The notes under the pieces are model-generated. The model saw nothing but the letters and a program-made list of their open reading frames with translations, did not search any database and had not been told where the DNA came from. A program made the translations under genes and the position numbers. Below, piece after piece: positions 49,700 through 64,000 of a DNA stretch of 64,000 nt. The stretch is from Vicugna vicugna (lineage: Eukaryota). Every line of letters starts with the position of its first letter. Within the stretch, counting starts at the first letter, position 1. The stretch covers positions 3,621,668 through 3,685,667 of the forward strand of contig MU057887.1 in assembly GCA_013265495.1 (NCBI GenBank), read 5' to 3'.

Positions 49700-52625
49700 C
49701 GGGCCGCGGAGAGACCCGGAATCCTCAGGCGTCTGGACAGAAACCGGCAGCACCCGGTAACAGAAAGCGCACAGTCTCTACTCACGTTGGAAAAGCAGCA
49801 GACAGCAGCGATGGGCCAGCCGACACAGCTGCCTGAGTCGTCTGGCAGAGGCCTTAAAGCGGCTTTTATAAAAATATGTGAACGAGAACGTGCAGTCTTG
49901 ATAAAATATTAACGTTGAATGACTCACAAAGAAATGGACATGTTGGAACTGAAAAAAAATTCAAAAACGAAAACAAAACAAAACAAAAAAACCCTTCCTG
50001 TATGGATTCAACAGCAGAATGGAGCTGACAGAGGAAAGAATCCATGAACTCTAAGAATGTCATTAGAAATTAATCTGAAAAATAGAAAACGGATTTCAAA
50101 AAATGAACAGAGTCTCAGGGACCCGTGGGACCACAACAAAGGGCTACATCTGTGTCCCTGGAGCCCCAGGAGGAGAGGAGGGAAAGTGTGGGGCTGAAAA
50201 AATATTTTTAAGAAATAATCACTGAAAACTTGTCAAGTTTTGTAAAAGACATAAACTTACAATTCAAGAAGCAGAGCAAATCCCATCCAGGATAAATGGA
50301 AGGAAATCCACACCAAGACACTTCAGAATCAAAATGCTGGAAACTATAAACAAAGAAAAACCTTCAAAGCGGCCAGAGAAAACTGATGTGTTACGTGTAG
50401 AAGGATCAGGATTTGAATGACTGGACTTCTCATCAGAAAGCAGAGACCAGAAGGAAGTAATGCAACATTTTCTGAGTCCCAAAAGAGAAGAACTATCCGT
50501 TCAGATTCCTGTATCCAGCAGACTTCCTTAACCTGGTGAAGAGCTTCAACAAAAGCCCTACAGCTAACGTCAGACTTACTATGAAAGCCTTCGCGCCTCT
50601 CCCCCAGGTAGCGGGGTCCAGGCAGGAGTGCCCGTCTCACCACTCTTACTCACCACAGTGCCAGGACTTCCGCCAGCGCAAGAGGACAAGAAAAGGAAGG
50701 AACAGCAGACCAACTGGAAAGGAAGAATGAAACTGTCCTTTTTTCTTAGCAACACAATTATTTATGTAAAACATCCTAGACAATATATTTTTTTTTAAAA
50801 AAAGAACCAAACTCCTAGAACCAATAAATGAGTTTAGCAAGGTTGCAGGACACAAGGTCAACACAAAAGACAACTGCATTCTTATATATAAGCTATGAAT
50901 AATTGGAAACCAAGTTTTTAAGAACGTTACCGTTTGTAATAGCTCCCACTTAACAGACATGAAAATGTCTAGGTGTAAATTCAGCAAAACATGAACAGGA
51001 CTGGTGTGTTGAAAACGCTGTTAAAAAATAATAAAAAAATCTAAATAACAGAAAGATTCAGCATGTTCATGGGTTTGAAGACTCAGAATAGTGAAGATGT
51101 CAGTTCTCCCCAAAGTGGTCTACAGATGTAACCAGCCAGAGTCCAGCAAGATTATTTTGTGGACGCAGACAAGCCAAGTGTAAAGTTTATGTGGAAGGGC
51201 AATGGAACTGAAACAACTGAAGTAATTTGAAAAGAAGAAGAAAACTGCAGGAGTCACACCACCCAACTCAGCACTCGGAGCACGGCTGCGGTCATCAGGC
51301 CCGTACGGGACCGGTGAACCGAGAGATGGCCTCCCGGATCACGGAGGAGGGCGGACAGCCCAGACACAGACCCGCAGGCATCTCTGACAGCTGTGCAAGT
51401 GCAGCTCAGTGGAGGAAGAATAGTTTCTTCAGCAAATGGCACTGGTCACCCATATTCAAAGCGACCACCCATGACCTAAACGTCACACCTGATGCAAAGA
51501 TGAATTCAAAGTGAGCCCTAGTCTTCTCGTAAAGCACAGACTATAAGACTTCTCAGAGAAAAAGTAGGAGAACATCTTTGTGACATGGGGTTAGTCAAAG
51601 AGTTTGCAGAAGTGACACCACAAGCCTGATACATAAAAGAAAAACACTGGATACACTGGGCTTCATCAAAATTAAAAACGTTTGCTCTACCCAAGACATT
51701 GTCAGAAGAATAATGAGAGAAACTACAAAATACTGTTTCATGAAGAAAGTGTAGGAGAAAATGTCTGCAAACTGCCCGTCACAAAAGGACTTGTACGCAG
51801 CATGTAAAAGAGCTCTCAAAACTCAGCACCAGGGAAACAGCACGGCTGACAAACAGGCAGGGGCTTGAGCTGTGGCAGCACCAGAGGGGTGTGCAGGGCC
51901 GATGGCGCACGCGGACAGGGGCCCTGCGTCTCCAGCCACGAGTGAAATGCGAGGTGGGGCCTTGGTAAGAGGCCACCACACGCTTACCAGAACGACTAAC
52001 GGAGAAACACGGACACACTGAGTGCCAAGTGCTGGTGAGGATGTGAAGCGAGGGGAACACTCAGCGCCGATGCCGGGACGCAGCCACCCAGGAGATGCCG
52101 GCTCCGCTTCTCGCGCAGTAGCTACCTGCTTCCCATGGGACGTGGCAACCCCGCTCCAGGCACCCCCCTCCCCGGGCATGTATCCTAGGGAATGAACATG
52201 TGTGTTCGCACAAAAACCTGTATATGAATGTTGGAAGTGGCTTTATTCGTAACAGCTGGAAACAGCCCAAACATCCTCCAGTGGGTGAACAGATAAACCG
52301 GTGGTGGTGATCCGGATGCGGAGGACCACTCCGTCAGGAAAGGCGCAAACTGCCGACCCACACAGCCACCCAGACGAAGCTCAAAGGCTCACACCGAGTG
52401 GTTAATCCCGCAGGTTGCCTACTGCCTTGATTCCATCTACAGGACAAACCTACCATCCCGGGGAACAGAGCGGCGGTTGCCAGGTTATGGGCGGGGGGGC
52501 GTGGGCCTGGAAGTCCAGGCAGCAGGGCGTTTTCTGGGGTGATGGAACCGTTCTGGATCCTGTTCCAGGGATGACTATCGGAACATGCTAAAACTCACTG
52601 TGCACCAAAATAAAAAGGTTCATTT
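49700..52625 (+). mobile_element. Old L1 (L1MC/MD-like): ORF1, internal deletion, ORF2 3' half, 3' UTR; degenerate
   Basis: ORF1 text aatgaacagagtctcagggacccgtggg; ORF2 text ctagaaccaataaatgagtttagcaaggttgcagga and cttcatcaaaattaaaa; 3' end ttctggggtgatggaaccgttctg. Confidence 0.8.
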
Positions 52626-52719
52626 TACAATCAGATAATCAGAAAAACTAGGTGAACAAAATATTTTTAAAATGCATGTTTCCAGCAATTTTTCCGTGTG
52701 CCGGTTCTTTCCCCTTGGA

Positions 52720-54560
52720 GCAAGCTCTCCCACCGGGCGCGAGGGGCAAGGCGGCGCTCCCTCGGGGCCTCCAGGGCCCACAGCCTGGAGCAGGTGCTCA
52801 GGAGCTAGGCGGAATGTCGTCGGGTCCCTCCTGGAGGATGTTGCCAGAGGCAAAAAAGACATCTGCACTGGGGGCCCAAGACGAGGGAGGTGTCCTCAAG
52901 GATGTTCTCGCCCACACAAGCCAAAGCAGGGCAGGGACCAGGGGGTGGAGGGAGGCGGGCCCTGACATCCCCTCCCTGGCCGCTAGGCCGCTAGGCCCCT
53001 CCCTAACAGCCCGCCCGGACCCGACTTGCTCGGCCTCACGGGGCGGCCCCTTCCCACAGCAGATGAGCCCTCTCCCCTCGCCCTCCAGGGCCTGTAAGCC
53101 AAGCCCCAGCCTCGTCCCCCGGGACAACCTCCCTCCTCCAACGGGCCCGCCCCGGCAGCTGCGCCCCGGCTGCCGACCCCCAGGGGAAGCCGCGACCCTG
53201 CCCACTGGCCGCGGGGACCCGGCAGAAGCCAGATCTCAAAGTGTGCGTGGGGCGGCGGGGGCCAGTGGAGAGACACAGGCGGGCGCCCCAGTCCCGCCCC
53301 TCCGGCTCCTAGCCTAGCCGCCCACCCGGCTGAGGCCCAGAAGCTCCAGGGCGCAGGTGCTGATCGGGGCTACCGGGGACACTCGCCCAGGGCGCCAAGG
53401 GACGGTGGCTCCACTGGCGAGGTGGGCGTCCCTCCGCCCCCTGAGCTCTCGGCTGGCTTACCCACAGCATTTCTCTCCCAAACGGCTGGGGCACACGCCC
53501 TCCCCAGTAGTCACTACTGGGTCCACGGCCGGCCAGAGGTGCCCCGAAACATCCCCCCGCCACCCCCCCCCGCAGTCATCTGGTCCCTGGTGTGTCCACA
53601 TCCTACGTCCCCTCCGTCCACGTCCACGTGACCATTGCTCTCCCCTCACAGCCCATTTCCCACCTTCCGCACCGCGTGCGGTGCGCCCCGCCCCCCCCGC
53701 CCACCCCCTGCCCAGCCCTGGGCCCACTCCCCAGCCTGGCTCGCGTCCGCCCCACAGGCCACTGCGTCCGCCCTAATGCTGTTCTCTGGGGTGCCCAGCG
53801 AAACGCAGAAAACCATACATTTAAACATGCACAAGAGGAGTCGTAGGAAAAAAGACCCAATCGTCTCTTAAATAAGCAGCCATTTAAAACCAGCATTAAA
53901 ATGATAGGATCCTATTGGAAGCTGTTCTCAGGAAGATTCTGCAGGAACCGAGGCGTCCTGGCTGGAAGAGGGCGAATACGGGACTGGTTCCAGTCAGTCG
54001 CCAGGGGCTGGAGGGATGGGAGAGCACCGCTTCCCGGAGAGATGCGGACGCCACCGACGCCGGCGCTGCGGTCCGGGGGCCCCGCTGCCAGGCGCCTCTC
54101 CCTGCCCTGCCGAGCTGCCTCCCCTTCCTCTGGTGACCGGGCTGGACACCGAACTTGGGCCTCCGCACGGCCTCCCAGGACCAAGCCCCTCCGCCGCTCT
54201 CACTGCAGAATCCGGCTCGCAGCTGCAGCGCCGCGGTTACCATTTCCCCAAACAAGAAGACCCCACACCGCCAGCCCTCTGATCCCAGCCACTCTGGGTG
54301 TCACTCTTTGTTCCCTCCCCCCCCCCCTCTGAGACCCCTCCCCAGCCCAGTGTCTCCCCCAGAGCTCATCTTGCCTGGGCGGAGCCCCACGCCAGCTGCT
54401 GGCGCTAGGAGCCCACAGCACCTTGACAGTCGCTCTTCCCTGCGGGAAACTCCCGACCCCTCCCCCGGCCCTGCCCGCCTCCCCTCCCCTCGTCCTGCCC
54501 CAGCCGCTCCATGGCCCACTGTGCCCACACTGGGGGCTCTGCGGCCACAGCCCTGCCGGC
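52720..54560. promoter_or_regulatory. Orphan CpG-rich island between two L1 fragments
   Basis: Frequent CpG and GC boxes; CACGTGAC 53625-53632. Confidence 0.5.
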
Positions 54561-54574
54561 CTCTCCACAGAAAC

Positions 54575-55425
54575 CCGCAAGACTTTGAGCAGATTTCGCA
54601 TTAGAAGCCTTGGAGGAGAGAAGGCAATGGGGTGACAAATTTAAAGTCCTGAAGAAAAAGAAAAACCTGTCAACCAAGAATTCTATATCTGGAAATGAAG
54701 GAGAAGGTGAGATCTTTCCAGACAAATAAAAGCTCAAGGAGTTCATTAGCAGTAGGCACCCCCCCCCAAAAAAAACCCTCAGGAGAGTGCTTCAGGCTGA
54801 GGTGAAGCTTCGAGAAAGTGCAGAGCACTGGTGAGGGGTGCTGCACAGGGGAATTTAAAAGCTTGTATTAGTGTGCTTTGGGATTGTAACTCCTCAGTTT
54901 ATAAAATGTGATTTAAAAGGCAGATGCATGAAACAATAATTATAAATCTATGCTAATGGACACACAGCAGATGAAGATGAATCTGTAACGGGGGGGAGAA
55001 TTACAGGAGCAAAGTCTATACAATTGAAACTAAGCTGGTATTATTTGCACTAGATTTTTATAAGTTTAAGATTTTAATTGTAACTCCCAAGGAAACTATT
55101 AGTACTGAAAAAGACTACAGAAAAGGGAAGAAGGACATCAAAATAGTACACTACAAAAATCAGCTAAATACCCCGAAAGGCAGTAAAGGAGGAATTGAGG
55201 AACAGCTATGGTAGAAGTAAATTCTTTCTTTTCAGTAATCACTTTAAATGTAAATGGATTAAACTCTCCAATGAAAAGGCAGAGCCTGGCAAAGATGATC
55301 CCTGCAAGGGACTCACTTTACAAAGACAAAGAGGTTGAAGATGGAAGGATGGAATGAGACATTCCCTGCAAGCAGGACTCAGAGGGCTGGGGTGGCTGTG
55401 CCGTCATCACACAGAGTAGACTGCA
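54575..55425 (+). mobile_element. Old L1 fragment: ORF1 C-terminus, inter-ORF region, ORF2 endonuclease start
   Basis: tgtcaaccaagaattctatatc (ORF1 QPRILY) and tcactttaaatgtaaatggattaaactctcca (ORF2 ITLNVNGLNSP). Confidence 0.8.
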
Positions 55426-56269
55426 TGTCACGCGCCCTTCAGGACAGTTACGGTTTCTCTCGACACCATGCGTGGAATGGGCTGTACCTGCCTGGCCCAC
55501 GTGAAAGGGTGAGGGTTCTGACTTTTCCACCTCTGAAGGCTCATCCAGTCACGAAACGGTTTCACCCCGCTCCTCCTTTGTTTTGTTTGTCCCCCGGTGT
55601 CTGCTGCCGCCTGCATCCTTCCTGTCTTGCTCCAGACCCGCCCTGCCACTCTGCCCCAAAACCGTCTCCTTCCCCTCATCCTGCTCCGACTTTTCTTTCT
55701 GAATAGCCGTTGTTGTGCTCTAGATATTCTACTCTTGGGTTTATGCATCTGTCCTCTGCCTTGGTCAGGGACCTGGGTCTGCTCTACTCAGGGAGGGCGT
55801 GGGTCACAGAAGGCACTACGCAAGCGTCAATGAGCGAATCACTGGTGGCTCAGACCTACCTCCTCCAAACGCCAGCTCCCGCTGCCGCATCCCCATCTCA
55901 GCCCACGGAGCCCCGCCCTCCAGGCGCTGTTTCGCTCCTTCGCATGGTACCCAAGCCAGGATGCCCCGTGGCCCCACCTGCCTGCCACACCCCTCCCCTG
56001 CCCATCCTGTAAGAGCCAGGCTGCCGGGAACACGCTGCTCTGAGTGGCAGCCCTCCTGTACTTCCTGTGTGCTTCCCATCCCCTTCTCCCCCTCAGGCAC
56101 CGGGCACCCCGTGTAAGGTACGTGTGCAGCTGCTTGTGGTCTGTCTCCCCTACGCGAAGCTCGGCGCCAGGGGAGGTGACCGACGGCCCCATTTCCTGGG
56201 CTTTAGACCTGAGAAGCCCCTCAGCCCAGGCCAGACCCGGCCGTGGCCCCGGCTCTGGGGGCAGTGCTG

Positions 56270-56350
56270 TTGGTTCCTAGTGCTGGGACAGGGTGGCACC
56301 CAGTGGGTGCTCAGAACCTGCTCAAGGAATGAGAACGAGTGAATGAATGA
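56270..56350 (+). mobile_element. L2 3' end
   Basis: tggcacccagtgggtgctcag...gagtgaatgaatga tail. Confidence 0.5.
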
Positions 56351-57907
56351 GGAACACGGACATCCAAAGGCTCACCCCAGGTCAGTTGTGAGCCCTGGCT
56401 GGGACCTTGGTCCCCCACCTCAGCCTGTGCCTCGATGGGGAGAAGGCACCAGAGGCAGACAGGGGTCTCCAGAGGACCATGAGGAGTACTTGTGGGGAAC
56501 CCAAATCCACAGCTTGCCAGCCTGCGAGGAGGGGAACTAGGGGCTGGAGGAGTGGGGCAGTCCTGTCAATCATCGGGTAGGCGGGCCCTTGGGTTGAGTG
56601 GCACTGGGTGGCCCTGGCCTGCCGATGGCAGCCCGTAGGCATGTTGGTATCCCCAGCCTTGGAATGTCCTCCAATACAGCCAGGGGGTTGCATGTGGCAG
56701 GGGTTGGGGGGCAGCTCCTTCTGTGTCTGTGGTTCCACCCCCCTCAAGCCCCGGCTGCAGTCATGACCACTACACCATTTTAGGAGGTATACCGGGCCCC
56801 ATGGTCCTCCCACCCCCACCCTAGGGGGCCACCTTGCCCTGCAGACCCCATTTCTGTCTTCAAGGGAAGAGGCAAGCCAGGCGGACAGGTGTTTACTGAG
56901 CAAGGGGACATGCTGGCTTTGCCCACCCCCTGGTCAGCTGGGGGCAGCAGCCCCACTAATGGAGGGACGAGAAGGCTCAGAGGCCCATAGCGGCTGAAGG
57001 AGGGACAGCCAAGCCAGGGCCCAGAGGTAGGAGTGCACCTGCCGCTGACTGGCCTGGGGTGCCTGTCCCTGTGTGCACCGCAGTCAGGTGGCGGGGACTC
57101 CAGACGGCAGCCTGAGAAGGGCACCTCGGTGGTCCTTGTGAGCCGGCGGGAGAGTCCCACAAGGGCAGAGTAAGCCAGCCAACTGCTGAGTGACCCCTGT
57201 CCCAGGGCACAGAAGTCATGCTGCAGGACCAGGGGTCCCTCTGTGGTCTCTGAGCACAGACAGCACACAGTGGCCCTCCGTGAGTGCAACACATCTGGGA
57301 ATGGCACGTCCTGGCAGGTGGTTCCTGCCTAGGGCCACTGGAGGCAACCAGCCCTCACTGGACTGGCCTGGTGAGGGGCCTGGGGAGTGGAGATGGTCTG
57401 GCCTCCAGGAGGGCTGGTGCAGGGTGGGTGCTCTGGGCAGGAAGTGGAGATGATCCTGGGCCCATGGGATCGGGTCAACTACACAAAGGGTGGGGGGGTC
57501 ACACCCTGCACTCCAGAGCCCTTGTCCTCAGGGCCAGGGATGCTGGCCGTGACCACTGGTTGTCCAGAGGGAGCCTAGACCACACCGAGACAGGGCAGGC
57601 CAGGGGCTGGGTCGTCTGGGGAGGGGGGCACCCCGGCACCCCACCCAGCCATTCTCTTGTCACCCACTCAGGGGATTCAGGAGGACTGGAGGTCCTTCAT
57701 CTGACCAAGGGCCCCTGTGGAGCCGCAGGCCTCTGGAGAGCTGACAGGTACATGCACCCCACGGTCTGGGGCCAGGTGAGACCACCCCTACACCCTGAGG
57801 CCCAGCTTCACTGTCTGAGGCTTGGGGTGTCCAGACGTGAGTTGACCCCCGCCACACTGCAGCAATCGGGCCCTGGCGCTTGCTTCCTCTTGATGAGACA
57901 CATGGCC

Positions 57908-62335
<4,428 letters not shown>

Positions 62336-64000
62336 CTACATAGCCAGGGAGGGTCCTCCCTGCCCCAAGACCATCAGGGAACCAGGCCCCTGGGGAGCGG
62401 TGGGCCCACCCTGAGCCACACGCAGAATTGTCCGCTGGGCGTCAGGAGTAGCGCCCAGGTCCAAGGAGCAGGTTGCTCCTGACAACGCATAGCTACCGGC
62501 CAGCCTGGCCAGCCAGGGGGCAGAGGAGCCCATCCTGGGCCAGATGGCCAGCCCCACTGACTTCAAAGATGAGCAACAGGAAAGGTCTGCTGGGGGCACC
62601 TGGGACATACCCCAGGTCACCGCAGCTAGGGCTCTGTTCCTGGGCAGATGGCCGCGCTGGCACAGGTGGGACCGGCCCCGATGGCCTGGTCAGGGCATGG
62701 GCAGCTGTGGCCAGACAAGTGTTGTGTGGGGACCTGGGCTGTCACCTTCAGCACAGGGATGCTGAGCAGTGTTTTCTGCCTTGGTGAGGCCGGATTTGCA
62801 GGCAGACCCCTTGGGGTCAGTGGAGTTAGTTCCTCGGGAGTCACCATGCCCTGGGGACACCTGCACCCATGGGGTTGGCAGCCCAGGTTCCCCCTGCACT
62901 CAGGCCTGGTGATGCGGCAGACGGGGGGGTAACCCCTGCTGGGACAGTGCGCCCAGGAAGGGGGCGGTGTGCCTTCAGTGGTGCTTCTGGGGGCACAGGC
63001 CCTGGCAAACTTGAGGAGCATGTCAGGAAGACCACAATGGGCTGACGCTCAAAGGGAAGTGAAGGGAGGAGGCCCTGGGCCCACGGTCCATCTCCCCCAG
63101 GACGCACACGAGGGACCAGGTTGAACTGTTACATCCATGTAACAGGAGGGGAGGAGAGAAGAGGGTGCACTGAAGGCCGGGCTCCCTGCAGAGACAGCAG
63201 AGCAGGAATGAGGCTCCCTGAGGGCCAAGCCGGCTTAGCACTGAAAGGAGGTTGTGACTTGAGGGCAGCCGTCCCCCCAGCCCTGGGGCCCCCAGCTGCT
63301 TCAACTCAGGGAATTCTTTCCAGCCCAACATGAGCAGGTGGGCAGTGGAGGAGGCCTGCCTGTAGGAGCTGGGCAGAGGCACTGCCTCCGAGGCCCGGAC
63401 AACAGGCTGCCGGTGGGCCATTGTGGAGCCCGTCACTCAGCAGAGCTTCCACTTGGCCATTTCAGAAACCCACTCAAAATGGCAGCAGAAACCTCGAGGT
63501 CTGAAAGATTCCTGGGAAAGAAACCCAGCACTGTGATCCCGCTGTGGCCAAAAGTGGAGTCACAGGGGCCAGGTCTGCCCTCCTGCCACAAACAGCCTGG
63601 GCCCCAGACAAGATGTGTGGGTCAATGGTGTCAAGACACTGGACGGCAGAAAGGCAGGACAGTGATGGCCCAGAGGTGCAGCCCCATGAGCGCTCTGCTG
63701 TCTTGAGAGTTTCCAGGTGGTGGCAGAGGGAGGGGCATCTGGGGGTACCTGGCACCCTCCCTGAGTAGAGAAATGGGGCAGAGAGTCTGGGCAGACCACA
63801 GGGCCCAGAGTCTGAAGATCGAGCGTGAGCCAAAGGAGTGATGCAGAAAGAATGGGGCAATGAGTGTTCAGCAGAGCATCAGTGAGCACATGGGTGTAAG
63901 GAGCTACCAGAGGCAGGGAGAGAACAAGCTAAAGGGGTTTGAGGGAGCAGCATTCTGTACCCGCACAGGACCGGGGATACCCCTGCTCTCAGCCAGGCCA

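Noticed and set aside
49700..55425. Active L1 or domesticated L1-derived gene
   Set aside because: ORF1 and ORF2 are broken by many stops, frameshifts and large deletions
62780..62812. Minus-strand GSACKSGLT as a possible upstream IL17REL exon
   Set aside because: Weak acceptor and no GT donor in the phase required to join 62238

Overview
Mammalian, very GC-rich genomic DNA, not prokaryotic. The gene order CRELD2-PIM3-IL17REL matches human 22q13.33 as I recall it, and a tRNA-derived SINE at ~11.3 kb resembles the camelid Vic-1 family, suggesting a camel/alpaca genome (inference). Three spliced genes were rebuilt by hand from GT-AG boundaries and exon phases. (1) The last seven coding exons of CRELD2 (+, 10-6453, ending REDL*, AATAAA at 6654). 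(2) Complete PIM3 kinase (+, six exons, 36040-37922, 981 nt = 326 aa) in a CpG island. (3) IL17REL (-, 13 phase-consistent exons 62238-58488 plus a probable last exon 57933-57908; its 5' exons probably lie beyond the window). There is also a 208-nt N gap, several old L1/L2/MaLR fragments, two palindromic minisatellites and three orphan CpG-rich islands. I found no wholly new gene system; nearly all other six-frame ORFs are GC-content artefacts. Best leads: an intact, longer IL17REL ectodomain with an internal acceptor that reproduces the recalled human frame-shifted C-terminus; intronic poly(A) signals that could remove CRELD2's REDL motif; a mirtron-like, in-frame PIM3 intron 5; a possible CUG-initiated PIM3 extension and a uORF; and motif clusters (MEF2 pair, Oct-Sox, CTCF). 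All comparisons to human sequences and repeat consensuses are from memory, not from searches.
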